From positions 94,798,001 through 94,862,000 of the forward strand of contig OX597815.1 in NCBI GenBank assembly GCA_951406725.2: a stretch of DNA of 64,000 nt, given 5' to 3'. Made by a program: the position numbers and the translations under genes. The DNA comes from Octopus vulgaris. Its lineage: Eukaryota. A model generated the notes under the pieces. That model did no database searches, had not been told where the DNA came from, and saw only the letters and a program-made list of their open reading frames with translations. This document shows positions 10,908 to 24,829 of the stretch, one piece after another. Each line of letters starts with the position of its first letter. The stretch's first letter is position 1.

Positions 10908-12534
10908 GAAGAAGAAGAAGAAGTACTTTTTTCGCAAATAATTTTATAAACGATAAGTTATACGTTTTTACTTTGGAATTTTTTACTTTCGAATTTTTCA
11001 TTTCAAATTTTTTATTTCATGAATATTTTCGGAATGATATCTATAATATTTAAGTAATAATGGAGTAATTTATTTATTTCTTTATATGTTATATATGTTA
11101 TATATGTTATATATGTTAATTGATTGACAAAATATGGATTTTTAATTACTATATTTGTTGATTATAATTTAGATACTACTTTTATATAATGTTATTATTT
11201 TATAATTATTATATGTGAACTAAAATCTAATAATATTAAGAGTGATATTTTTTGGTAAAATAGTTTAATAATTAAATATTAGAGTATAGCTAGGTTAAAG
11301 ATATTCTATAGTTTGTTAATGCTTTTTTATTAAGCTAAATTATATCTTCACAGATATATAGATTTTTCTATCTATTTACTCTATTTTTTCCTTAAATATT
11401 TAACATGATAAATGTATTGTAGGTAACTGGTCCTAATGTTTTAAGTTTTAAATTTAGTTAGTGGAGTTTCTTCTGTAAAAAAATATCATGATTTTATTTC
11501 TTTATGAAATATTGTTTATTTGCTTATTTATTAAACTATTATTGTTATTATTGTTAACCTGAAGAGTGACTATAATTATAAATTGAATTGTTTTGTGATT
11601 AAATTTAAATTTAATTTTAATTCGAATTTAAATTATTGCCATGAAACGTACGTAGTTTTTTACTTATTATATATTGTTTATTCATTTTTGTATTTTTTAT
11701 GATCTAGTTATATATTTTACAAAAATATATTTTATTTTAGATTTATGATTTGGTTTATGTCTATCATTGTTTGAATTGCATAATAGCGTTTTTTCTCTAA
11801 TTCATATATATATAAATACATACATAGTACATACATATATGTATATGTATATGTTCATATATGTCATGTCCTGCATGGCATAACCCCATTCAAAATGAAG
11901 CTTGAAAAATGAATGATCTCTTCATAAGAAAGCCATGAAATCGTTTAGTAATTTGGCTAATTCATTATGTCAAACTGAGGCCACCATGCGAACAATAGGT
12001 AGCCATCCAGATCGCGTTCTTTTGGTATTGTAGCCACACTTCGAAATTTGAAGACATTTTCTAACTGTAATTGGCTATTCGTTTAGGATTTGCATGCATC
12101 GATATGCATATATTTCATCTAGAATATAAATATTTACTGTCAATGAATGTGTGGATCTATGAAGTAAAATTTGCCATTTTCATTTAATATTGAAGTGACA
12201 TTATGCTTGGGATAGAAGTCACAGAGCACTGGTTGATATTACCAAATCCCTGTCATACTTAAGTAGTTGACGGTTAATTGACAGCTGTTAATTACTCATT
12301 ACATCTCTTTCAAAAAATGACTGACTTGCATCTTCCTACAATTATCACGCACTCTTATTTGGAGTCGAAGAATTTGAAAACAGGAAGCAGTGGTCGGAAA
12401 ATTTATACGTCGACAATCCTACTTTGTACCTTTCATAATTCCTAGAATTATATTCGTATCTCGACACATACACGTACACGCACGTACACGTACACACACA
12501 TACACGCATATATAATTTATATAGTCAATATGTA

Positions 12535-13817
12535 GTGGGAGACCGGGTCTAGCTGTTACACGGGTAAGTTGTTATAAGCCCATTGTTTCCAACTTCAAGA
12601 AATAGGTGGCATTCAGGTCTCTACGTCGTGAAATCCGACTCCATGGTATCATGTCTGCACATGTGTATTGCACTAGCGGTCTGTCACCAGGAAAGGTATG
12701 GCTCATTAAACGATTTTTGTACTCCAAAAGCGAAATTTTGCCACAAAGTTATTTCCTTAACTACTAAAGCACACGTGGTGTTACTGAAGCAGTTTTTGGT
12801 TCATTCGGAAGTGTGGGAAGTTGCCTTCGATACATGAAGGTGTGACCTGGATGCCATGCATTGCTAGTGCTGTGTACAAGGTAATCCTCAGAAATGCATG
12901 GTCGGGGCTAATTGTTACAGTGTACCAACTTTCCTCGGGCATGTAACAACTTACCCCTTCTATTTCAGTTTAACACGCCATACTTAGAAATTACAAAAGG
13001 AAGACTACAAGAGGGGCATATCCCTCCTGATGTCATGGAAAGAGTCGCCAGAAAAGTTGTGAATGAAAAAAAATGTTGCCGTAAAACAGCGCATAGTGGA
13101 TGAAATAAACGAACGGAAATCCAAACCAAAGAAGGCAACTGGTACAGAAAAGGCAACAAAGGGGAAGGAAAGTCAAATAAAACAGGTAAAGGCAAAGGGA
13201 ATCAGCCTCGCAGCAAGCAAGTCGCCGATTAGAAATGCCTTATCTGCTCATATTTGTATTCCAATTCCCTTCCAGGTGAATAATGGGTGCAATACATGAT
13301 CTGTAACGACTGAGCACACGCTGACTGTACCGATGGACGACAGAACTTTCTGTGTGATCTGTGTGGTGAGGAGTTAATGGAGGACGATTCCGACTAGATG
13401 GTACATGTAACAAATGGGAAATTGGCTGATGAGGACTCTCAGTATCACAATTAGGATAGGAGGTGGTTCAAAACACAGTTAATTAATTAAAATAATACTT
13501 CCTACATGTAAGAAGCAGGAGACATATTCGTTTTAAACTTGTTTGTTAACATAATTCCGAGTAATCAACAATTGTATCAAAGTACCCCAGTAAGTGTCGC
13601 AACGTACCCCGTATTCGGAGAAAATTATTACAGGTGACACCACCTCATTAATTACAACCTGTCTAATTAATGTTATGTAATATCTGTTTTTTACTGGTGA
13701 TAACAATAAAGAGGTGTTTTACTAAATAAATCTGAAAAAATCTTCAGCTGTGCTACTTTATGTGGGTGCCAAGGCAAACAAAAAATGAAAAATGTAACAA
13801 CTAGACCCAGTATCCCC
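12535..13817 (+). mobile_element. Internally deleted pogo-like (Tc1/mariner superfamily) DNA transposon with PHD finger remnant
   Basis: TIRs GGGAGACCGGGTCTAGCTGTTACA / TGTAACAACTAGACCCAGTATCCCC with TA flanks; N-terminal 'RNYKRKTTRG..IPPDVMERVARKV' (psq-HTH start) and C-terminal CLIC..WVQ..C..AH..C..FLCDLC. Confidence 0.8.
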
Positions 13818-13867
13818 TATAATTAAGCACTGTTCTATGTAGACAGTACCTCGCAAAATGATTGTGT

Positions 13868-13910
<43 letters not shown>

Positions 13911-13924
13911 TATATAGATATATA

Positions 13925-13982
<58 letters not shown>

Positions 13983-16749
13983 TTACATACATGAACGGGC
14001 TCACTCACAAACATACGAATATTTTCTGCTACACTGCTACTAGTTTGCAAAAGTCAAGTATGTTGTATTTCAGAAACGGTGGTACTAAAAAAGAAATTAT
14101 TAAAAAATATTACATTTTATCAAGCTGATAACACTATTCACTTTTGCCAACAAATTCAACAACAGTTTCTTAAAAGGAAAAAATGGTGTAACAGTTAAGA
14201 TCGTGGTGGGGGGTAACTTTTCGATGAAAATTAGATTATATTCGAATAAAATTACTCTCATCTTAATAAAAAAATTATCTCTGTTTCATTGTCTGAACAT
14301 AACTTCACAACCGCATTCAATTTAAACTTTCTCTTAACATAGGAAGTTCTTAACAAGATAATTCTAAAGCAGAGCGTGATTATCCATATCGACCAACAGA
14401 CTGTTTTTATTTTGAATTGAGTTCAATAAAGTGGAGAGAAAAAATATGTTTAAGATGGTGCATAGCATATAGGCTGGTAGAAGGTGGAGAAAAATATAAG
14501 GATAGGGTATGGGCTGTAACCAGTGGAAAACGATGTTAACAGAATTCTTGAGACTCGTTAATCTTCTATGCTTACGTGTATATGATGGTGCTTGGTGTGT
14601 GAGAACTCCAAATAATGTGAGGTGACCAATATAATGGCCACATGAATGGACATTTTCGTCCTCAGGCGATTCCTTGAGTTTTGCTGCAAAACCGATGAGT
14701 TGCTCGTTGAACCATTCTCCCTATACAATATCCTTTTTAACTAATATACTAAGTATTTTTTATAATGCGGTCGATGAGGTATAGCTAAGTTTGAGTGGCA
14801 TGGTACTGGGATTTCCGGTCACACTTGGCTTTGGTGCTTGAGATTTAGGGACGAATGTGGAATCTGTGACTAGAATAATTGAATACATTTAACTGATACC
14901 AGCTCAAAGATCTAATCAAAAGACTCCGGAAGATTTTGTCTCTTTTGACTGAGGGACCGGGTTGTACAAGAAAGATGAGAGATTGGTTACAGAGTTGGAA
15001 GAACGAAAACGGAAGTAACGTCGGAGTGCCCATTTTAAAGACATAGTGCATTTAAGAACAAATATATAAAATGATTCATCCGTTAAGTGGTCCTTTTATA
15101 TATGACATTGGAGGAGGAACCTTGAGCTCATAATGTAAAGGGATGGAACTCGATCTTGAATGATTTTGCCAAATTTTCAAATTTTCCATGCTCAGTTTCT
15201 GCACTGTAGAGCTACTTTGTTGCAATCAAAGGCAAATACAGTAATTGTTGTATGAAATTTGTAAGTTGTGCATTTCATTTTATACGAATTGTCCTTTCCC
15301 GATTAGTATTCTGCATCAAAGTAAGCTTCTTCAACTGTATAAGTGAAGAATACAGCTTATTTTATGCTAACTTGTTCCGTATATTTCTGAATGGGAGCAA
15401 GAACAAACGAACGGATTTCATATTGATTTGGGAAACTATGGAATAGAACTATCAATATTTTAATAAGAATTATGTCATGAATACATTTATAAGAATTCAT
15501 TTCCTGCCTCCATGCAAAAACTTGAATATCATTGTGTTTTCTCATGATGGGGAATACTGAAATATTCTGTCGTATTCCGTACAGCAAGATGGATATATCC
15601 CTTTGGGATGATAACAATAGATTCTATAAAACTAAATGAAACTTCCTATTATATTAATGTCGTTGAAAATAATTTTATTACTCTTCACTTAACAATCTTC
15701 CTCCTCGCTTCATATTCACATGTAAGATATTAATTATTCAGTAAACTGAAGGTGCAACGAACTAAATGCGCATTATTCTATGATTATTGGAGAAGACCAT
15801 CTGATATTTCGAGAATAAAGGCTGGTCATCGCTGGAACGTTTTCATGAGTGATTTGATTGACGAGAGATGTCTTGGGGTAAATACAATCAACAAGAACAA
15901 CAACAATATATCATACCTATTTCATACATATAACAACGTTCATATATGATCAAAACATAGTAGACTCTTTATATTTGAATTACATATTGATTTCTATCAA
16001 GGCGCAATTTCGATTAGGTACAACCTATTTCCTATCTGCCACTTATGCTGTCGTCTGATGGGTAATTTACAGAATTTGAATTCAAGGCTTAAAGGAATAC
16101 TGCAAAGAATTTTATCCGTTACTTTACTGATTGCCCTTTCAATCCAATTAAACATTATAAATGTAATGCTTAACATACTGTGAATATTCAACTGCAATTT
16201 CGTTTCGAAGAATTAAATATATTTTAACATTCAAAAATATTGCGTTAAACAGGAGAATCGGAAGAAGCTGGTGATTGCGTCACAGTAATTCGAAATCGTT
16301 TGTAAATATGGGTAAATTATTTTACTGTAAGGTCTGGCAGAATCAGGCAGAAACTGTCGTCGAGCAGGACAGACATCATTGCAGAGTGAAACGTGTCTGC
16401 TATTTTTTGAAAAAAATATGTTGTATTTGATAAGAAAACTATTCCAAATTTTTCGCTATGAAACACTTTGTTATTGCTTAACCCCAAATCAGTGCTATGA
16501 CTAAAGACCTATGATTAAAGACTATCAAGTGATGTACTTCTTTCTAGTAGCATATTAGTTGATATATCATCCTGTTATTAAGATAATGGTGTGTGCCACG
16601 CGAATATATAGAAGATTTTACTAGCAGACTGAGCAAGCATGAAGAAAATATCTTCAATGCGTGACATTGGTACAGTTGTTAAAAGGTAGGAATAGTGTCC
16701 ATCTATAACCCCAAAATTGTGCTGCTACTAATATTTGTATGTAACAGGG

Positions 16750-16930
16750 CCTGGAGAGGGCAAAACCGTTAGCAGGCAGAGCAAAATACTTAGCAGAATT
16801 TGAACTCATAACGTAAAAACGTTATGAGTTCAAATTCCGCTGAGGTCGACAAAATAAATACAAGCCGAGCACGGAGGTCGATATAATCGACTAGCCCCCT
16901 CTACCAAAATTGCCAAAATTTGAAACCAAT
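16750..16930 (+). mobile_element. SINE family 2 fragment
   Basis: GAGTTCAAATTCCGCTGAGGTCGAC motif shared with the copy at 52053. Confidence 0.7.
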
Positions 16931-17558
16931 ACTTGTATATAGCAAAGCTGAAAATAATACCGAGCACTGCGGCATGTGAACTACGAAGCAACAATGGAAA
17001 TCTCAATACTGGGTAGCAACATTTGATTAAATGCACCCAACCTAGTATACTAATAGCTCATAATCTATCACCGTAAGCCAGGTTCCTTGTTAAATACAAC
17101 TCATTTTAGAAGTGAAATTTACACGCCTTAGTAATATGAAAATTTAATGAAAGCCTATGTGTGTATGTATAAAATCTACTCTCCGTTAAAGTAAATATTC
17201 TCGAAAGAATACGAAGAGCATTATTTTACTAACCGGATACATGTCTTATATGGCTGATGCTTCTTATTATAAAGAAATCTGCGTCTATGAACATTTATCT
17301 TGAGGGTATTAGAATAAAATTAAAGCCTGTCAGGAACTGTCACCTGTATTTTTCAGAAATATGTAAATAGGTAATTAAAGAAACACTAAGTAATCCTGAT
17401 TAAAATAAAGCTATGCAGATTATTTTAACACGTTCGTGAACACATTTTGAACATTTGTTATTAAGCTGTTCTTATTTGTAATGAGCAAATAATATATTTG
17501 TTGCATCTGAAAAGCTTTGTCAAGAAGAAAATATTTATACAGAGGTATAGCAGCGATG

Positions 17559-17605
<47 letters not shown>

Positions 17606-17611
<6 letters not shown>

Positions 17612-17920
17612 CAAAATAAGCAACAAGGATACCCAAGGCAGTGTAGTACAATTGTTTCATGCTACTTTATTTTATTAAACACTGTAGTATTACATCAGTT
17701 TTAAAATGTCGAGCAATCTTCAGCCACATATAGAATTTTTCAATTAAACGGACAACGTACATTCTAATACTTATTTCATTTGCCGACATTACAAAGAGGG
17801 TAGATATATAGACAGACAGGTTAATTTCATCAATAAGAACATGATGGTAGTATGTTCTTAATGTTCTTAATCCAAGGTACTACACTACCTTGGATATCCT
17901 TGTTGCTTATTTTGATTATA
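17606..17920. repeat. 44-bp inverted repeat (17606-17649 / 17877-17920), Penelope-like element end
   Basis: tataatcaaaataagcaacaaggatacccaaggcagtgtagtac and its reverse complement with 2 mismatches. Confidence 0.85.
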
Positions 17921-18016
17921 ATCACCCCATTTGATTTATATGGATAATACCATAGAAAATTCTGGTGCCTTTAACTTAAGTACCATATTCATCTGAATCT
18001 AAATTTTTCTGAACTT

Positions 18017-18210
18017 GCCATGATAGATCGTTAGCTCCTACACGCATTTTTTCTCTCTTTGTTTTTTTTTTCTGTGTATCTTTCTGTCGAAGAGCGTAGG
18101 CTCGAAACGTAAAATACTTTTTCTATTCCTGAGCGCTATACTAATACATTTGTTTGTTTGTACTCCACCTGCCTTCGTCTTTTGTTTATTTTCGTAAACT
18201 TTCCCTTTGT
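18017..18210 (+). mobile_element. ~190-bp dispersed repeat containing a variant minimal hammerhead (18079-18116)
   Basis: Second copy in reverse orientation at 32262-32452; fold tcttt-CTGTCGA-a-gagc gtag gctc-GAAA-cgta-aaata. Confidence 0.75.
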
Positions 18211-19074
18211 ATGTGAGGATTTATTGTGAATATAATTAGAATACTAACATTTTCGTAAGAAACGTTTTTTTTTCCTCGTTCACATCAATTTTATGTTTCT
18301 GTCGGTATCTTGCATTTGACTGTGTGAATGGTACAAGATTGCGCTGGAAAGTAGGACGTCTTATTTCGAAATACGGTCACTTTCGCCTATAAAAGTAATG
18401 CTTTAATCTTTTAGGTTATGTAATACTATTTTTCAGTAAATGCAGCAATGACGAACTGATATCAGTGTCGGACTAACTGTTTCAGTACTTTACCAGGTAT
18501 TTATTTATCTTTTCTTTAATTTTTCTGCGTTTCCACCGAGATGCATAATAAATTATCGACGTATATTCCTTAGCGGTATATATTTTTGCTCCTACATGTT
18601 AGATGTTTTCTTCCTAGATAAGAATTTCCCATGCTCCTTTCTTCTAATATGGAGTGCTCAGCTAGTTTTCTATTATGATTACTTCCTAGAAATACATAGG
18701 CTGTTATACGTATAGTTCATATTCTTCCCGATCTGGAGTTCGTGGGTTTTTTTGCAAAATACCGTGTTAGTTCATGACGGTTTTAATGTTCTATGCGTTA
18801 TAGAGTCTTAAAATTTCAGTAGAATCTGCTTTCAACTCTACTTTGTGCAGTATGTAGACTCGTATTACATTGCTTTTGTAAAACTGATATACCAGTGCAG
18901 ATTGTGTTGTCAAAAGCTGTAAGTATTTATTCTGAAAATCATTTCCAAAACTACAAGGATATTCAAACTCATATTTAGAGTACAGTGGTAGAAGACTTTC
19001 CTTTCACTTATCTTCTAATAGCTCTTTCTATTCTTTTCATCACCATAACAAGAATTGTAATTAGTTTTGAATTT

Positions 19075-19543
19075 GTGTAATTTTGATTGATATATATATA
19101 AAGTAAGTACACAAAGTATACAAAAAGCTAGATATCATATTTATGTTGATAGAATAGCAGAGTGTACTACATCCATCTTAACCAAATACACCTTTCAGGG
19201 CTGTAATTTCAAGGGTAGCGATTTCGAAGTAGTCTGTGTAGGTAGTTGTTTGCCATTATTAGAAAAATGTTTGATCCGTATTCATCACTTCCTTTGTTTG
19301 TAAATTTCATTATCAGTTTGGTAAGGGTTATTGTAGTTCTAAAGTAGTATTTTTTCTACTCTTTCTTTAATAATTACTTTTGTTCAACTATTTTTGGCTG
19401 AGTGAGTTCAAATTCTAGAGGATGCCGCAATGACGCTTCTGTAGTAATTAATTTGAAGTAATTAATTTACACAACTTTGGTTTCGACCGTGTAATTTTGA
19501 TTGATATATATATAAAGTAAGTACACAAAGTATACAAAAAGCT
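19075..19543 (+). repeat. Perfect 55-bp direct repeat (19075-19129, 19489-19543)
   Basis: gtgtaattttgattgatatatatataaagtaagtacacaaagtatacaaaaagct occurs twice. Confidence 0.9.
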
Positions 19544-22062
19544 TAAATGAATAAGTTAAATGAATATTTGCACCAACTGGAAAATTAAAGACAACTTTTC
19601 TGATATCTATTTAGGTTCTGACTTCTAATTGCATTACTCGTGTGAACATCAAAACCAACGGTAGCAATATGTAGACACGTGTAAGCTAATGTATACATAT
19701 GAAGATTACTCTGCTAGGGAAAAGCGATGGTAGGCTAGGAGCGGTAAATTACCAAAATACATGCATTACACTTCTGAATATAAATTTACTTTCATCTTCT
19801 ACTTTCATCCGCTGAGATTACTAAATAAATACTACATATGTACTTTAGGTTTGTGAAGAATCAATGATGAAGATATCCTAACTATAATTACATTGACTTT
19901 AATTCATCTTAGGTTCCGTAAAACGAAGGAAAATAGTTTTGTAGAAATAATTAGATTCTCTTTTATGCTTTAGAAGATATATGTCGATTTCCGTAGACTA
20001 TACATGAATTTCCAGAAAGCTGACGTTTCTGACATATACGATTTACTATAAGTAAAATGCCTTATTGTCTGTGAATGTACATTCTTGATATAGTTGCATT
20101 ATGTGACAAAGGAACTGATATAAGAAAAGTTTCGAACTCTACTCATCGTAGATTTAAAATTACAATTCAATTCGGTAAAGTATATTCATAGCGAATTCAA
20201 CATCGGCTCCATCAGCTGTCATAGTATTAGTGATTTATTTTCTTCTCATTGAATTTCATACAAACATATACAATGAACGGAACTGACGTTTCTCAGTCTA
20301 TTTGAAATAAAACATTATTGATTATAGAATAGGTCATTATAAATTGAATGCCAGGTGACTGATTCAATAGGGCGTGGGGGATATCAGTTTACGACTCTAT
20401 AGAAATTAGCAATCTTTGGGATCAGGTTGCGCATTACATGCCGGTGAGGCTGACGACTTTTGAGAACACTCAAGGGAGGCTCTGCATGGTTACCTGACCT
20501 GCTAGAAATAGCAACCAACTTTCATCTAATTATTTCCATATCACTATAAAACAGGAAAAGTACATTAGGTAATGTAGTCACAGACACTCCCTAAAAGGCA
20601 TGCTGATCACTGATAGAATCCATTTGGTTTGAGATTGAAGTGATCAGAAATAGCATGAGATAAGCAATATCAACATCTTATGTAAATGAGTCAATAAATT
20701 ATATTGCAATAAAAATAGAAAATATTGTAGCCACGTTTACTATAACAGTTAAAAACTCTTTGAACTATCATCCAAAGAAATATTTAACGTAAGTCCTAGA
20801 GCTCTGGCAAAGGGAGAAGCCCTTTTTGTCAGGGTCTACTTCCAACAAGTGATCAGAATATAAATAGATTCTCTTTCAATAACATTAATATAGGTGTTAT
20901 CTTCAACATCTAAAAGCTCTGCAAGGATCAAGCATATTTAGTAATAATGATAGTTTTATCTATTCAAAAAAAAAATTAGAAATGCAAAACATGCTAAATA
21001 GCTTCTGTGAAGAATAGAAATCTAGCAGTAATTATGTAGTAGTCTGCTGATGTCGTAACATTTTTCAAGAGTAGTTAAAAAAAACCTTATCAAAACCAAG
21101 GGTAGCAATTTTTCATTCATTGTCAAGTAGTTGACAATATTTCTACTCAAATGTGAAACCAGGCGAAACAAATAAATTCCGTGAAAAAGAATTGAAACTG
21201 CAGTTCATAATGGAATTAGAAACATTGAAATAAGTAGTTATTTTCTCCATACACAACGTTTCGATAGCACCATCATCAAGCAATATACCGCATACTACTA
21301 CACTAACACCTATGTTGCATTTGTATACATCCCAAATATTGAATTGCAAACCATTACGGTAATTCGAGCATGTTGATATTCTGTGCAGGGCAGTAGATTG
21401 CACAGTCGATTCGGTAGTGTGGCAGACAAAATGTCTTGTGATATTTAGTACTGTACTTGACATTCAAGACTAATAATTTTATAACACTTAGTTTTGGAAT
21501 ATGATTAAACATCTCTGAAAACCTGATTTAAGATTACAATATTAAAGGTATTAAGCAGTACCGCTTCACTATGGGTTATGTAGAGACATTTAATCTAGAC
21601 AGAGTAATCTAAGGAAACATTTGTTACATATAAAACTATGGCTTGCTTGCTGATTTTAGATTTCCTCAGTCAGTCTACCAATGTATAAAATTGTGATATC
21701 TGTCACCATGTCAGCGAGCTTTCGGTGTATGAGTCACAGACATAAGGTAGACCTATTGTCAGTTTATGGAAAATATACCTGCTGTTAGTGGCAGCAGCAA
21801 AATTTGTAACGAATAATAATTAGCACATCCAACGTAAATCGCCTAAAATTGCTATTAACGTTCAGAGATACCATCTCATGTTGTCGAACGTGCTTTTGGT
21901 CATAATTATACTATAGCGGCTGGACTGATTTTCTTTCTTGTATTCGTTGTAAGGCTGGGCTGCCGCTGATGTTCAGAAATGGTAAAATCACATAAAACAG
22001 CAATGCCGTCCATCGGTGAAGACAATCATTTCATCAGATGATATAGTCAGTGCTTAAAGAGC

Positions 22063-23514
22063 TTGCTTAATATAAATATACGCATGTGTACACATGTAAC
22101 TAAATCGAACAATTATACATACGCACAAACATATATCTATATATATGTGTATTTGTATATAACTATATATGCACAAATATATACATATATATGCACACAT
22201 ATGCGTATATACGTGTGTGTGTGTGCTCGCAATAACTAGCTGCATAAGCATTAGATGTACATAGATCAAATTTCCTGTAACTGAGTATGTGTTTCTGTCT
22301 TCCGATTTAGATGGATTACATTTATAACCTAGATATCGTTGACTCTCGAATCTTTAAATATTTTATAACAAATGAAATGCTATGAATATTAATTGAACTT
22401 AATTGCATAAATATGAGAAAGTATCTCTAGACGTTAGTAGCAGTGTAAAATTTTCTAGACCAGTGCTACTCAAAGTGGTGGTCCGCGGACCGGTGCTGGC
22501 CCGCGAGCCATCAGCTACCGGTACATGACAAGTTTCCAGAAAAGAAAGAAACATTATAAAATGATTTTAAAATGTTTATGTAATATTGTATTATTTGTTT
22601 ACAAAATAAATTAATATTACTAAGAAATATTACTGGTCCCTGGCACATTAGAAAAAAAACTGCCGGTACGCTACATCAGATAGTTTGAGAAGCACTGATC
22701 TAGATAACAGATACAATTTACGGTGGATATGCTAATTACTATTCGAAAATATACATTAACAAGATGTCCCCTAATGGCGACGTTTTGTAAAGTTAATAGT
22801 AATATTTTATTTATCTATTTTCAAGGATTTCGAATTTGAATTCTTTCTTTTTAGTTTGAGTTATAGAAATCTGCGTTTATTTTGTATTTATATTCCAGAA
22901 GAGACATTCTGAAGTCTTTATTGACAGCATGTAAATGAAGCAAATAAAAGATCGACTGGTCTGCTTGTATCATGAGTAATTGGCGTCTATGGAAATCATA
23001 AATACTAACATAAATTTTACAATTCACAATGCTCGGTAGAATTTCAAAGAGAACTATATCTAATTTGATTATGTACAATAATTTCAAACTTGGGGAGACT
23101 TCCAAACAGATAACATAACAACAAATGTAATTTTATGCAATTAAGTTCAATTAATGTTCATAGCATTTCATTTGTCATATAATATTTAAAGATTCGTGAG
23201 TCAACGATATCTAGGTTATAAATGTACTCTATCTAAATCGGAAGACAGAAACACATATACTTAATTACAGGAAATTTGATCTATGTACATCTAACGTTTA
23301 TGCAGCTAGTTATTGCACACACACAGCCCCCCCCACACACACACACATACACACACAGACGCACACTATATAAGCATATATATACAAGTATATGTATATA
23401 TTTCTGCATATATAGTTATATGCAAATACACGCATATATAGATATATGTTTGTGTTTATGTATAATTGTTCGATTTAGTTACAAGTGTACACATTCGTAT
23501 ATGTATATTAAGCA
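22063..23514. repeat. Long diverged inverted repeat (~22063-22410 vs ~23131-23514)
   Basis: For example gaaatgctatgaatattaattgaacttaattgcataaa vs tttatgcaattaagttcaattaatgttcatagcatttc; mirrored ORFs MIYVHLM.../MIYVHLT... Confidence 0.85.
22461..22697. mobile_element. hAT-Charlie (MER5-like) MITE
   Basis: TIRs CAGTGCTACTCAAA / TTTGAGAAGCACTG; 8-bp NTCTAGAN target duplication (ttctagac / atctagat). Confidence 0.85.
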
Positions 23515-23798
23515 CATTTTCTACATAAAATTTGGTTGATTTTCGTACACTCTCTTCCATACTTGCACACAAATATATGTTTTATATGTGTGAGTGTTTG
23601 TGAGTATTTCTATAAATTTATGCTTGTTTTAAACACACATGCACACACACACATATGTGCACGCGTACACACACATACACGCGCGTGCGCACACGCATAC
23701 ACATGTGTATGTGTTTGTGTGTGTGCGTCTGTATTTATTTATTTATAATTTATTCTGTTAAAGCCGAATAACACTTTACAAACTGTTACTTAGTTTCA

Positions 23799-23945
23799 TG
23801 TGTGTTAAGAAGCTTACTTACCAACCACATAGTTCCGGATCCAGTCCTGCTGCGTGGCACCTTAGGCAAGTATCTTCTACTATCGCTTCGGGCCAACCAA
23901 AGCCTTGTGAGTGGATTTTGTAGACGGAAATTCAAATTAGCCTGT

Positions 23946-24000
<55 letters not shown>

Positions 24001-24290
24001 GTGCGTGTGTGTGTGTATGTGTGTGTATGTGTGTGTATGTGTGTATGTGTGTATGAATGTATTCATGTATGTATGTATTTGTGTGTCTAATGTTTGTTCC
24101 CTCACAATCGCATGAAAACTAATGCTGGTGTGTTTATGTCTCCGTAACGTAGCGGTTCGGCAAAAGATACCGATAGAATAAGTACTAGGCTTATAAAAAA
24201 TAAGTCTAGAGGTCGATGTTTTCGACTAAAGGCGGTGCTCCGGCATGACCGCAATCAAATGACTGAAACAAGTAAAAGAATAAAAGAATA
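23799..24290 (+). mobile_element. SINE family 1
   Basis: Matches other copies, central (TG)n. Confidence 0.88.
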
Positions 24291-24310
24291 TATATATAAA
24301 TCTGAACACA

Positions 24311-24358
<48 letters not shown>

Positions 24359-24371
24359 TATATATATATAC

Positions 24372-24406
<35 letters not shown>

Positions 24407-24521
24407 ATCAGCCGAAATTGCGAGGATGATCCGGTTCTTGACTGAAGATTTTTGTATCGTCTTCTAAATGTTTTGCGTTCTTGTCCCAGTTTGTATTTTT
24501 TACATGTACATACATACATAC

Positions 24522-24595
<74 letters not shown>

Positions 24596-24829
24596 GAATA
24601 TAATACACCAGAAATATAATGATATACACACGTTATGCATAGATATTGAGAATTTGCATACAATCGAAACCTTTTATGACCCTGATTACAAGTATGATTA
24701 TCTCTAACCTATATGATAACGTATAGTATAGCGTGTAACTACCAACGTACCAACTAAAATTATACATAATTATCTTCTATTTCATGAACAATACACACAA
24801 CAGCATAAAGACACAAAATATATCGTAAA

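Noticed and set aside
14100-15650. Coding-like decayed sequence on the minus strand (e.g. PKGYIH)
   Set aside because: Too degraded to assign by eye.
18850-18925. Candidate small exon (tgcag...gtaagt)
   Set aside because: Splice-like signals only; no identifiable product or partner exons.
21143-21463. 106-aa minus-strand ORF
   Set aside because: No recognisable domain or splice context.
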